The notes under the pieces are model-generated. The model was not told the origin of the DNA and ran no database searches. It worked only from the letters and a program-made list of their open reading frames with translations. A stretch of DNA of 61,115 bases from a virus (Duplodnaviria; Caudoviricetes). Shown one piece after another: positions 1 to 10,400 of this stretch. Each line of letters starts with the position of its first letter. Within the stretch, counting starts at the first letter, position 1. The position numbers and the translations under genes are program-made. The stretch spans positions 1-61,115 of the IMG/VR virus record IMGVR_UViG_3300017967_000022; one strand, given 5' to 3'.

Positions 1-632
1 CCTCGTTTGTCGTCCCAAGCATCGGCATAGTTATGTGGGAAAGCATTACCAATATATGTAATGTTGCCTAGTGTTTGTCTTTTGTGAAAGTGTCCACTAA
101 ACACATATTCCTGATGTTTAAAATGATCTGCTTGTAGTTCGCCTGTGTCTGGCATTTGCACCATTGCATTCATATAAAAGTGCGGAAGTTCAAAGTGACC
201 AAACATATATTTGCTTTTAATTTTAGGAATTTGTTTCCATTCTTCGCCTACTAACCAAGGAACAAGTGTTGTGTCGCCTAGTGTAGTCATTTTATTGATA
301 ACTGTTATACCTTCTATATGATTAGCAAACTCTACAGAATGGATATCACGTTTGTCTTTGTAGTACAAATCGTGGTTACCTGGAAAATAAAAGAATTGTT
401 CAAATGCCTTTCCTAGTTTTTCTAACGAACGGATTGAATGATCCATTGTAATAATGTTAAGTGAATTTCGATTGTGATGCCAGTCACCCATAAAGATGCC
501 TGTTTCACAACCATTTGCTTTGGCTTGTTCAATATACCAATCAACAAACTCTTCACAATCTTCGTTGTGAACTTTAGAGTTAGATTTTAAGCCAAAATGG
601 ATATCAGTAAATACGGCGGCTTTTTTAAACAA
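1..632 (-). CDS. gp47: Recombination endonuclease subunit, Mre11/SbcD metallophosphoesterase (T4 gp47-like); 3' end outside the window
   Basis: Not in the ORF track. Manual translation from TTG at 632 (GAGG upstream) gives MFKKAAVFTDIHFG...GDWHH...GNHD...GHFE...SGHFH, the metallophosphoesterase motifs. Lies next to gp55 as in T4-like phages. Confidence 0.9.
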   Translation of the reverse strand, partial: MFKKAAVFTDIHFGLKSNSKVHNEDCEEFVDWYIEQAKANGCETGIFMGDWHHNRNSLNIITMDHSIRSLEKLGKAFEQFFYFPGNHDLYYKDKRDIHSVEFANHIEGITVINKMTTLGDTTLVPWLVGEEWKQIPKIKSKYMFGHFELPHFYMNAMVQMPDTGELQADHFKHQEYVFSGHFHKRQTLGNITYIGNAFPHNYADAWDDKR

Positions 633-651
633 TTTTTATACCTCTAGTTTT

Positions 652-680
652 ATAGTACACTAAAAAAGTGTAAATGTCAA
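652..680 (-). promoter_or_regulatory. sigma70-type promoter for the gp47-like gene
   Basis: Minus strand TTGACA (680-675), 17 nt, TACTAT (657-652), just upstream of the RBS. Confidence 0.7.
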
Positions 681-1594
681 TCATCGTTTGTGTTAGAATC
701 ATCGTCATCATCATCAACAGATTCCGGCGGATCCTCACTACGGTAAACGATTTTTGCACCATTACCTTCTTCAGCCATTTTCTTTCTTTGGTCTTCTATT
801 TGCCTTTCCCATTCGCCTTCCATTTGCCTTGTATAACTTGGAGTCATATCATTCATTTCTAAGATATCATCACGTATGTTTTGATTACGTTTTTCAATAT
901 TAATAACTCTTACAAAAGAATTGGTAACAGCCGCGGTATAGTACGCAAAAGGATTCTGCGATTTACTTTCATCAAACTGTAACCCGATTTGTGCAAGTTG
1001 TAGAATTGCCTGTCCACGCATTTCGTCATTGTAGGTGTAACCACGAACGTTACCTCTAGTTGCATAACGATCGCACAGTTTCATCCACATACGTGCTAAT
1101 TTTTCTGTTGCTGTTCCGGTTTTCCCATCAAAATATCCGTTTTCCATGCCACCCTTCCAGTGACTCTTTCCTACGCAAACAAGTTCGTCATTTTCGTCAA
1201 ACTTGTAGTGTTGGAATGGCGGAAAATTTAATTTTACTTTACGATCAGCAACACTCTTTGGATTCTTTTTGCGGCCTTTTTCATCTGGAATATGATCAAA
1301 TGTCATAATCCTAAAAATTAATTCTTCTTTGGTAATTTTAGTGTAAGGTATCTCGCAGTCTGCTTGTTTTACCTTTTCCCCTGCTTCCTTGCGTGTAGCA
1401 TAGGCTTCTTGCGATAAGCGTTTTGCTTTATTACGCTTTGCTTCAGCAATGGTTCTTACGTTAATTTTTTCTATACTAGGTAGTATAATGTCGTATTGAT
1501 TGTAAGAATCATCAACAAAACTGCAAAAACTAGACTTTGACTTGTGTATTTCAGCAAGTATGTCTTTGTTGTTCAAATAATTTACTTTTTTCAC
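677..1594 (-). CDS. gp55: Late-transcription sigma factor (T4 gp55-like)
   Basis: N-terminal NYLNNKDILAEI; core RGYTYNDEM..AI.....GLQFDESKSQNPFAYYT...NSF.R.I..EK; acidic C-tail; GTG start with GGAG RBS; adjacent to gp47. Confidence 0.85.
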   Translation of the reverse strand: MKKVNYLNNKDILAEIHKSKSSFCSFVDDSYNQYDIILPSIEKINVRTIAEAKRNKAKRLSQEAYATRKEAGEKVKQADCEIPYTKITKEELIFRIMTFDHIPDEKGRKKNPKSVADRKVKLNFPPFQHYKFDENDELVCVGKSHWKGGMENGYFDGKTGTATEKLARMWMKLCDRYATRGNVRGYTYNDEMRGQAILQLAQIGLQFDESKSQNPFAYYTAAVTNSFVRVINIEKRNQNIRDDILEMNDMTPSYTRQMEGEWERQIEDQRKKMAEEGNGAKIVYRSEDPPESVDDDDDDSNTNDD

Positions 1595-1618
1595 TTAGAA
1601 ACTCCGATAATATGTCTT

Positions 1619-1647
1619 ATTATAATGTACTCTGATAATTTTGTCAA
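1619..1647 (-). promoter_or_regulatory. Perfect-consensus sigma70 promoter for the gp55-like gene
   Basis: Minus strand TTGACA (1647-1642), 17 nt, TATAAT (1624-1619). Confidence 0.85.
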
Positions 1648-1653
1648 TAAATA
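1647..1653 (+). promoter_or_regulatory. T4-type late promoter for the baseplate operon
   Basis: ATAAATA in the intergenic gap, followed by GAGGA RBS and ATG at 1679. Confidence 0.7.
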
Positions 1654-1678
1654 CTTGTAACGAGGATTACCAAAAATT

Positions 1679-2557
1679 ATGGCAGATACATTCGACATTT
1701 TTAAAAAACCTATTTCAGGTGCTGGCTCCATCATTAATGATGGTAAAAAACTTGTGGCAGATATTGGCGAGTCTTTTAAAGATAACGCTAAAGGCTTTAT
1801 GAAAGCAATTCGTGCTCGAACTATTCCTACAGACGGCGAACCAGAAGAAGTTGAATTAGCGTCTGCACGTTGGTCAGCAGACCCAGAAGGAAAAGATTGG
1901 AGAGTCAAATTAAGTTTACCTCCTATTGACGCTTTTACAAAAAGCAAGATGATGACTAGACTTATTGAAACAGGCGGATTGGCTTTTCCATACACACCGA
2001 CTATTATTATGAGTCATCAAGCATCTTATAACGCATTAACACCTGTACATAGTAATTATCCGTTCTTTACGTACCAGAACTCAAGTGTGGATGCTATGAC
2101 ACTTACCGGACAGTTTATTGTTCAAAATGCTCTAGAAGGCGAGTATTGGATTGGAATGCTACACTATCTAAGATCAATAACTAAGATGTTTTATGGAGCC
2201 GGCGCTGATCAAGGTGCACCTCCACCAATTGTTAAGTTGAATGGTTATGGCGATTATGTTTTCAAAGATGTTCCTGTAATTATTACAAACTTTACTCTTG
2301 ATATGCCAACAGACGTTGACTATGTTGCTGTTAATATGGCGTTGATGGGATTAGCGGGAAATGATAGAAAGCAACAAGAGGACTTTGAACGCCAAGCACT
2401 AACAGAAGGATTTGGTCAAGAACTAGCATATGTTCCTGTTGACAGCACAGTAACAGTAACACTACAGCCAATCTACTCAAGAGACAAAGTAGAGAAATTT
2501 AGTTTAGGTGCATTTGCTAGAGGCGATTACCTAGGAACTGGAAAAGGATATATCTAA
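1679..2557 (+). CDS. Baseplate tail-tube cap/initiator-like protein (gp48/gp54-like)
   Basis: FPYTPTI and GAPPPIVKLNGYG..VF..VPV.IT.F motifs of tube-fold baseplate proteins; first gene of the baseplate operon. Confidence 0.6.
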   Translation: MADTFDIFKKPISGAGSIINDGKKLVADIGESFKDNAKGFMKAIRARTIPTDGEPEEVELASARWSADPEGKDWRVKLSLPPIDAFTKSKMMTRLIETGGLAFPYTPTIIMSHQASYNALTPVHSNYPFFTYQNSSVDAMTLTGQFIVQNALEGEYWIGMLHYLRSITKMFYGAGADQGAPPPIVKLNGYGDYVFKDVPVIITNFTLDMPTDVDYVAVNMALMGLAGNDRKQQEDFERQALTEGFGQELAYVPVDSTVTVTLQPIYSRDKVEKFSLGAFARGDYLGTGKGYI

Positions 2558-2847
2558 TGCAAGAATCACCATGGGCAGATACAAGAATTTTTAACGGTGA
2601 GTTTCTTGACATATTGTCAATTAGACCCGTTCCTGAAGAGAGTGACGATATAAAATACGTAATCCAATCACAGTATCATCAACGTCCAGATTTGTTAGCC
2701 TATGATATGTATGGCACTCCAAAGTTATGGTGGGTGTATGCACAACGAAATATGGATGTTCTAAAAGATCCTGTTTATGATTTTAGATCAGGGCTGGAAA
2801 TTTTTGTTCCTAAGGGTAGCCAACTAAGAAAAATATTAGGAGCCTAG
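2557..2847 (+). CDS. gp53: Baseplate wedge protein, LysM-like (gp53-like)
   Basis: RPDLLAYDMYGTPKLWWVYAQRN motif; 96 aa; TAATG coupling to the upstream gene. Confidence 0.75.
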   Translation: MQESPWADTRIFNGEFLDILSIRPVPEESDDIKYVIQSQYHQRPDLLAYDMYGTPKLWWVYAQRNMDVLKDPVYDFRSGLEIFVPKGSQLRKILGA

Positions 2848-2848
2848 T

Positions 2849-5326
2849 ATGGCTGATAAGAAACTATACCCTTGGCAAACTCCAGAAGGTAAAGTAGAGT
2901 TCAATAAAAGAGATGGCCTTGATGTCTATGACGAAGACTACAGACAAGCACAGTCATACAGTGACAGAGGCACGTTGTCATATGAAACAGAAGCCAATCT
3001 TTATCTAGCACAAAAGGCACGTGAAGAAAAACAAGCCAAAGTAAAAGCAGATTCACTTGCAGTTGACACAGAAGAAAAAACAAAAACTGCAACCACTAAA
3101 AAAACTAAACCTACAGAGTATGTTCGTGTAGCGGCACGTAGAGTTGCTTACACAGCAGACGGACGACAGATTGATTTGCCTATGCCTAACAAACTTAAAG
3201 GCTATGCAAGTTACAATTATAGAATATCAATGTTTGCTCTTACAGATGAAGAAATTAATAATCCTGATGAAACGTATAGAAAGCGTGATCCACAAGTTGC
3301 TATTATGCGAAGCGGTGGTGGGTTAGGTGATCGAAAAGTTACAACAGCATATGAAATTAATGGTAAGAAAGTAGAATTCTTTATTAACAATTTGGCAATT
3401 GAATCTGTAATTGCACCTAACAGAAAAAAATCAGGAACAAACGCAACAGGATTTACGCTTGAAGTATTAGAACCATACAGTATGGGATTATTCTTACAGG
3501 CATTGCAAATTGGAGCATTACAAGCAGGACATAAAAACTATCTTGAATCACCATTCCTATTAAAGATTGATTTTGTAGGTTGGGACGACGATGGTAATAG
3601 ATATGTTGTTCCTAGTGCTAAAAAATTATTACCTTTTAAACTATCAGGCAGTGATCTACAAGTTACAGAAGGTGGCAGTTCTTATCAAGTATCGGGATAT
3701 CCCTTTAACGAAGCGGCACTTACAGATATCGTACAAAGACTTCCAGTTGATGTTTCAATATCAGGTAGAACACTAGAACAACTATTACAAAGTGGACCAT
3801 TAAGTTTAATGACTGAGGTCAACAAATATCACGCTAAAAGAGCATTAGAAAACAAAGTACTTACAGCAGATCAATACTTTGTTGTATTTCCAATTCAACG
3901 TGCATCAAAAGGAAAACTAACAAAGTCTTCAGGTGACGGGCAAGGAGCAACTACACAGTCAAACCAAGACGGAACAATTCAGTCAAGCACAAACAGTGGT
4001 GGATTTAATTACAGTGTTGAGGAAAAACAAAAGTTATGGAATGCAATTCAAAAAGGTGAACTTTCAACAGAAGCATCTGTATATCTTGAACAGCGTTTGA
4101 TGACATCTGTTACTAAAACTACACTAGGTCAAGATATTTTAGAAAAACAAACTGGCGAGAAAAATTCTAATTCAATAGGAACGCAAAACGTATTTGATCC
4201 TAACGCAGTTGGTGTTACTAACCAACCATTTGGTCTTGCAGGATTTGCTTGGGATAAGAATGACAAAGTTTGGAAACGTGGCGGATCACAATTACAGATA
4301 GATCCAAGTATAGGTCAACTTAAATTTCTTAAAGGTGCAAAAATACAAGATGTTATTCAAGAACTTGTTCTTATCAGTGATTGGGGTAAACAACTTGTTG
4401 ATGCTACACCAGATGAGAACGGTATGAAAGATTGGTTTAAGATTGACACTCAGGTGTTTCAAATTTCTGATAACGACACAGAAGCACAGTATGGTCGAAA
4501 GCCTAGAATTTATGTTTATAGAGTTTTACCTTACAAAGTACACGAAGCACGTTTTGTACAGCCTAGTAAAAACAGTTACGGTATTGAAGCACTACGTAAA
4601 CAAGTATGTAAGAGTTATGACTACATTTATAGTGGCGCAAACGATGATATTATAGATCTACAAATTAATCTAGATACAACATTCTTTAAAAGCATTTCTC
4701 CTGGTAACCTTCCTAAAACTAGCGGACAGGACGCACTTAAATCTGCTGAAGAAAAAAATGATGCAATTGAAACTGACGAAGGCGATGCTACAACTGTAAT
4801 GAGTAATCCAGGTATTAGAGCAGTTGACAATCAGATAACAACATCTATGACAGCAGGTGCTGTTAACCCAGATGATTTTAAAATTGAAATAGCAAGAAGT
4901 TTTAACGAAGCGATTGTTAACTCAGATGTTGACTTGCTAACAGTTGACATGACCATATGGGGCGACCCCTATTATATTGCAGACAGTGGTATGGGTAACT
5001 ACAACTCAGAAAACTCACTGTTAATTAACGTTGATGCAAATGGTAACGTTGATTATCAACAAGGTGAAGTTGATATTGAATTAAACTTTAGAACACCTAT
5101 TGATATTAGAGATAATGGCATTATGGGATTTCCAAGCGATCAAGTCGCAGTTAACCAGTTCAGTGGACTATATCAGGTAATTAATGTATTAAACAATTTC
5201 CAAGACGGACAGTTTAAACAAACACTAAGTCTTGTAAGACGCAGTAATCAGCATCCTAAATTGGAATCTGATCAAAGTGATAAGAAGTCGACAGAAATTA
5301 AAGCAGATCAAGGAGATCCGTTCTAA
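2849..5326 (+). CDS. Baseplate hub/tail protein (gp27-like position)
   Basis: 825 aa between gp53- and gp5-like genes; C-terminal I.GDPY and FSGLYQV..V.N.F..G.F.Q.L.L.R motifs typical of hub proteins. Confidence 0.55.
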   Translation: MADKKLYPWQTPEGKVEFNKRDGLDVYDEDYRQAQSYSDRGTLSYETEANLYLAQKAREEKQAKVKADSLAVDTEEKTKTATTKKTKPTEYVRVAARRVAYTADGRQIDLPMPNKLKGYASYNYRISMFALTDEEINNPDETYRKRDPQVAIMRSGGGLGDRKVTTAYEINGKKVEFFINNLAIESVIAPNRKKSGTNATGFTLEVLEPYSMGLFLQALQIGALQAGHKNYLESPFLLKIDFVGWDDDGNRYVVPSAKKLLPFKLSGSDLQVTEGGSSYQVSGYPFNEAALTDIVQRLPVDVSISGRTLEQLLQSGPLSLMTEVNKYHAKRALENKVLTADQYFVVFPIQRASKGKLTKSSGDGQGATTQSNQDGTIQSSTNSGGFNYSVEEKQKLWNAIQKGELSTEASVYLEQRLMTSVTKTTLGQDILEKQTGEKNSNSIGTQNVFDPNAVGVTNQPFGLAGFAWDKNDKVWKRGGSQLQIDPSIGQLKFLKGAKIQDVIQELVLISDWGKQLVDATPDENGMKDWFKIDTQVFQISDNDTEAQYGRKPRIYVYRVLPYKVHEARFVQPSKNSYGIEALRKQVCKSYDYIYSGANDDIIDLQINLDTTFFKSISPGNLPKTSGQDALKSAEEKNDAIETDEGDATTVMSNPGIRAVDNQITTSMTAGAVNPDDFKIEIARSFNEAIVNSDVDLLTVDMTIWGDPYYIADSGMGNYNSENSLLINVDANGNVDYQQGEVDIELNFRTPIDIRDNGIMGFPSDQVAVNQFSGLYQVINVLNNFQDGQFKQTLSLVRRSNQHPKLESDQSDKKSTEIKADQGDPF

Positions 5327-6933
5327 TGGCAAATGAAAAACGATCAGGCGGTATAAATCAAACCGGACTTAATGCAGGTCCGTACATCGGTCGCGTCATT
5401 AGTCACCTTGATAAAAATTACATGGGTACGCTTGAAGTTGAAATATTAAAAGCAACAGGCAGTAATAATGATACAAGAGCAGACGGACAAACTTTCCAAG
5501 TAAAATATGCTAGTCCTTTTTACGGACAAACTCCCTATAGTGGTGTAACAAACAACGTAGAATTTAAATATGGACAACAAGCATATGGTATGTGGTTTAT
5601 TCCACCAGATGTTGGCACAAGAGTTTTGGTTACATTTGTTGAAGGCCAACCTAATTCCGGTTACTGGTTTGCTTGTTTACCTGACAATTACACTAACTTT
5701 GCTGTTCCAGATAAAGCGGCAACTTCCTATGTTACCAAAGAAAAAATTAGTCAAATTGACACAAGTTTGTTTGCGACTGCGACTCTTCAACTAGCAGGAA
5801 AATTACCTGCAGGAGAAATCAATAAGAAACTAGCATCAAACCAAGGTGTGGATCCTACAAAGTTTCCTAAACCCTTTGATGTAGATCATTTTAATGTTCT
5901 AGTAAAATCAGGACTTTCGGCAGATTCTACTAGAGGACTTACAACATCAAGTGCAAGGCGTGAATTACCTAGTATGGTATTTGGTATTAACACTCCGGGA
6001 CCTTATGACAAACGTCCTGGCAGTCCTACAGTGTCCTACGGAACAAAAGATGCTAGTGCAAAAGTTCCTTTTAGTAGACTAAGCGGACATCACTTTGTGA
6101 TGGATGACGGTGATGATAAACTTTTACGTAAAGGTCCGGCGGCAACTACACCAAAGGAATATGTTAATGTTGAAGCGGGTGAGAAGGGCGGTGATGTAAC
6201 ACTACCGCACAATGAGTTGTTGAGACTGCGTACTAGAACAGGTCATCAAATTCTAATGCATAACACAGAAGATTTAATCTACATTAACCATGGTAGTGGT
6301 AATGCTTGGATTGAACTAAGTGCCAATGGTAAAATTGATATTTTTGCACAGGATAGTATTAGTATGCACACCGCAGTAGATCTTAATATTACTGCCGACA
6401 GAGACATTAACCTTCATGCTGGACGTAATACAAATATACTAAGTGAAAGTGATATACAAATTGAAACACCAGCAAACTTCCAACAGTTTGTTAAGGGAAA
6501 TTCAAAGTGGACTACACTGAAAGATCATGAAACATTCGCAGGTGGACATATTTGGGAAACTAGCATTGGAACGAATGAAACCAAAGCCAACGGAAACATT
6601 ATTGAAACAGCACCAAACATTCATATGAACGGCCCAGAGGCATCTTCTGTTTTACCGCTAACTCCGTTAGCCAAGCACGTTGTGCCTGGTCCTTCGCAAA
6701 CTAGCGTACCCGGCGCTACCGCGACCGACGAAGCGTCGCTACACAAGCGTTTACCGCAGGCGGAGCCGTGGCATAACCACGAAAACGTAGACCCAATGAT
6801 ATACACAGCGATACAAACTGACAGAACTAACACAGACGATTTAGTAGGTAGTGTTTCCAGCACAGGTGAAGGCCCTGCTAAGCCAGACGTTGGTTTAGAC
6901 AGGGTTGATACATTTAAAAAGTCGGGTACTTAA
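5326..6933 (+). CDS. gp5: Baseplate central spike (gp5/VgrG-like OB-fold plus beta-helix)
   Basis: GMWFIPPDVGTRVLVTFVEG...YW OB-fold motif; RTRTGHQILMH; beta-helix-like repeats (INLHAGRNTNI). Confidence 0.75.
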   Translation: MANEKRSGGINQTGLNAGPYIGRVISHLDKNYMGTLEVEILKATGSNNDTRADGQTFQVKYASPFYGQTPYSGVTNNVEFKYGQQAYGMWFIPPDVGTRVLVTFVEGQPNSGYWFACLPDNYTNFAVPDKAATSYVTKEKISQIDTSLFATATLQLAGKLPAGEINKKLASNQGVDPTKFPKPFDVDHFNVLVKSGLSADSTRGLTTSSARRELPSMVFGINTPGPYDKRPGSPTVSYGTKDASAKVPFSRLSGHHFVMDDGDDKLLRKGPAATTPKEYVNVEAGEKGGDVTLPHNELLRLRTRTGHQILMHNTEDLIYINHGSGNAWIELSANGKIDIFAQDSISMHTAVDLNITADRDINLHAGRNTNILSESDIQIETPANFQQFVKGNSKWTTLKDHETFAGGHIWETSIGTNETKANGNIIETAPNIHMNGPEASSVLPLTPLAKHVVPGPSQTSVPGATATDEASLHKRLPQAEPWHNHENVDPMIYTAIQTDRTNTDDLVGSVSSTGEGPAKPDVGLDRVDTFKKSGT

Positions 6934-6939
6934 TGACGG

Positions 6940-6946
6940 ATAAATA
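6940..6946 (+). promoter_or_regulatory. Late promoter, 5 nt before the ATG
   Basis: ATAAATA-TTGAT-ATG(6952). Confidence 0.65.
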
Positions 6947-6951
6947 TTGAT

Positions 6952-7398
6952 ATGAGCAGTTTAGAAAAAAATACAGTATTAACAGTTAAAGTTCCGGATA
7001 AGCAAACTCCTAAGGTACCTGTTAAGCAAAGTGCTTACAGAGGTCTCAGTACTGTAAATCCTGACAACACAAGTTATACTTTGTACGATATAGGTCTTAT
7101 CAAGCAAGATCTTCTAAACCATTTTCATATTAGACAAGGAGAGAAGTTAGAAAACCCTGAATTCGGAACAATTATTTGGGACGTTTTGTTTGAACCTATG
7201 ACTGAAACGCTTAAAAACGCTATAGTAACTAATGTAACAGATATTATTAATGCGGATCCAAGAGTTAACGCTCAAAGGGTTATTGTTGACCAATATGAAA
7301 GTGGCATTCAAATTGAGTGCGAGTTAACATACCTACCATATAATATCTCAGAACAGTTGAAATTCTCGTTTGATCAGAACGCTGGATTTATAGTATAG
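6952..7398 (+). CDS. gp25: Baseplate wedge subunit, gp25/GPW family
   Basis: LIKQDLLNHFHIRQGEKLENPEFGT.IW..LFEP and DPRV motifs. Confidence 0.88.
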   Translation: MSSLEKNTVLTVKVPDKQTPKVPVKQSAYRGLSTVNPDNTSYTLYDIGLIKQDLLNHFHIRQGEKLENPEFGTIIWDVLFEPMTETLKNAIVTNVTDIINADPRVNAQRVIVDQYESGIQIECELTYLPYNISEQLKFSFDQNAGFIV

Positions 7399-7425
7399 AA
7401 TTAAGTGTTCAGATAATTCAAACAA

Positions 7426-7432
7426 ATAAATA
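7426..7432 (+). promoter_or_regulatory. Late promoter upstream of the gp6-like gene
   Basis: Intergenic ATAAATA, then GAGGA RBS and ATG at 7454. Confidence 0.65.
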
Positions 7433-7453
7433 CTAATACAACGAGGAAAGTAG

Positions 7454-10400
7454 ATGTCAACAACTGATAGACAAAATAGGCTATTACTTGCAGAAGATTG
7501 GAAGCGAGTATACCAAACATTTAGAAACGCAGACTTTAAGTCATATGACTTTGACAGTCTACGTAGAACAATGATCAACTATCTAAGGGAAAATTATCCT
7601 GAAGATTTTAATGATTACATCGAATCCTCAGAATATCTTGCACTAATTGACCTTATTGCTTACCTCGGGCAAAACCTAGCGTTCAGAACAGATCTAAATG
7701 CAAGAGAAAATTTCCTTGAATTAGCAGAACGTAGAGAATCTGTGTTACGTTTAGCACGACTACTTTCCTATAATCCTAAGCGTAACCAGTCTGCTAACGG
7801 TTTATTAAAATTTGAATCAATTAGTACAACAGAAGATATTACAGATTCAAACGGTATTAATTTATCCGGCCAAACAATTATTTGGAATGATCCGAGTAAT
7901 CCTGAATGGCCAGAACAGTTCCGTAAAATCTTAAATTCTGCTTTACCTCAAAACGGTATTATTGGTAAACCAATTAAGAAAGAAATAATTAATGGCATTA
8001 CAACAGAACAATATAGATTTAATGCTTCAAATACAAACTTGCCAGTTTACAGTTTTAATAAAAACGTAGGCGAAAAGAATGTAACATTTGAAGTAACAAG
8101 TTGTTCAATTGATGCTGACAAAATTTATGAAGAAGATCCATTACCAGGAAATAGTTTTGCATTCTTATATAGAGAAGATGGCAAAGGTGCAGGATCATCT
8201 AACAGTGGATATTTTGCACATTTCCGTCAAGGTGTTTTAGATACTGGTGGATTTACAGTTAAGAATCCTACACCAAATCAAGCAGTGCAAATTGACACAA
8301 CTGGAATTAACAATAGTGACGTTTGGTTATACCAATTAGATTCTAATGGTAACGAACAAAACCTATGGACTAAAGTTGATGCAGTAGAAGGCAACAATGT
8401 TATCTACAATAGTTTAAGTAAAAATCAAAAAAACATTTACACAGTTTTAAGTAGAATTGACGATCGCATTACTTTATTATTTGCTGACGGTACATTTGGT
8501 GAAATGCCAAAAGGAACTTTTAGATGTTATTTTAGAAAAGGCTTAGGAAGTAAGATTACAGTTACTCCTGCAACAATGACTAACATTAATATTACTATTC
8601 CTTATGTTAGCAGAGCAGGCCAAGGCGAAACATTAAACATAACAATGGCATTAAAGTATACTGTTGATAATGCTAGTGCTACAGAAACAAGCACAAGTAT
8701 TAAACAGAATGCTCCTGCAACTTTCTATACACAAAATAGAATGATTACTGGCGAAGACTATCAAGTAGCACCGTTAAGTGTTAGCCAAGAAGTTGTTAAA
8801 GTTAAAGCAATAAACAGAACATCAAGTGGTATTAGTCGATACTTTGATCTAATTGATTCTACAGGAAAATATTCAAGCACAAATATATACGGTGATGATG
8901 GTGCAGTTTATCGTCAAATATTAGATAAAAAAATTAGTTTTAATTTTCAAACAAGAACTGATGTTGAAGGTGCAGTTATAAACGTAATTGAACCTACTCT
9001 AACAAACACTCTTGTACAAAACTTTTACCTAAGTCAATTTCCAAAAACATCAGCAGGCGACTTATCTGCAAGTTGGACACAAGTAGCAAGCCAAACTAAT
9101 AACTCTAGCGGTTACCTAACTGATAATGCTGATGTAAAATACACTGTTGGAACATTTACAGGTAGTACATTAAGATTTTTAGAACCAGGGTCTATTGTTA
9201 AATTTGTAGCACCTACAGGTTCACATTTTGATACTAGAGACAATAATGCTATTGTAACTGGTGATGCAAACTATCCAGGAGCAGTTACATATCTTTGGAC
9301 TAAAGTTATTCGTGTAAACGATGACGGAACAGAAAATACTGTAGATGGCGAAGGCGCAATCATCCTTAATGATATTATTCCGACAGGGGCAATTCTTAAT
9401 GAGATTAAACCTAAGTTTGCAACAAATTTAACAGCAAGTGTTATTTCACAAATGATTGAACAAATCTTTGCTTACAAAACATTTGGTTTACGCTATAGTT
9501 TAACTGATAGAGAATGGCGAGTAATTTTAAACAATAACCTTAATATTAGTAATGCGTTTAACATGGGTAAATCCGGTGATAACTCAAATCAAAATTTAGA
9601 TTCAAGTTGGTTACTGCTATTTGAAACTGACGGTGAAAAATATACTGTAACATACAGAGGTGTACGCTATATCTTTGAAAGTGACAAAGAGGTTAAGTTC
9701 TACTATGATGAAACAGATAAGATTTATGATAGTAAAACAGGAAAAATTATTAAAGACAAAATTAACATTATGTCAATTAACAAACAACCAGATAGTATTC
9801 AACCACTAACGGTTGACTACCCTTGGCAAGTTACAAAAGAGTATAGAGATGAAGAGAATTATGTAAACAGTAAAAAGGTTGAAGTAGGATTTTTTGATTC
9901 CGACTCTGATGGAATTATTGATAATCCGGATCTGTTTTTAGATTTTGTTGCTCCTAGCGTGAATCCAGCAGATAAATTTGTATTCTTAAAAGAAGAAATT
10001 TCTAATAACAAGTCAACAAACTTTAATTTAGTTAATCCTACTGCTTATAACATTATTGTAAGAACTAGTGAAACAGCAACAGGTCCTTTATCGGCGTACA
10101 ATGACGGTACAATTTTTTACTTTATGGATGCTGATGTGTTTAAGCAATATAGCGAAACAACATCATCGTTAACGTTAATTACAAACTATAAAGCATATGT
10201 TGGAAGAAGCGATATTAAATTCCAATATGTTCATAGTGCAGATGAAAATAATAGATTAGATCCAAGTAGTACTAACATGATAGACACATACTTGTTAACT
10301 AAAACATATGACAGAAACTTTAGAGAATACCTACGTGGTGTAACATCTAGTAAACCATTACCGCCAAGTAGCGATGAACTGTTTCAAAACTTTGGTCAAG

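Noticed and set aside
1591-1995. 134-aa minus-strand ORF
   Set aside because: It is antisense to the first baseplate gene and runs across the promoter region; treated as a shadow ORF
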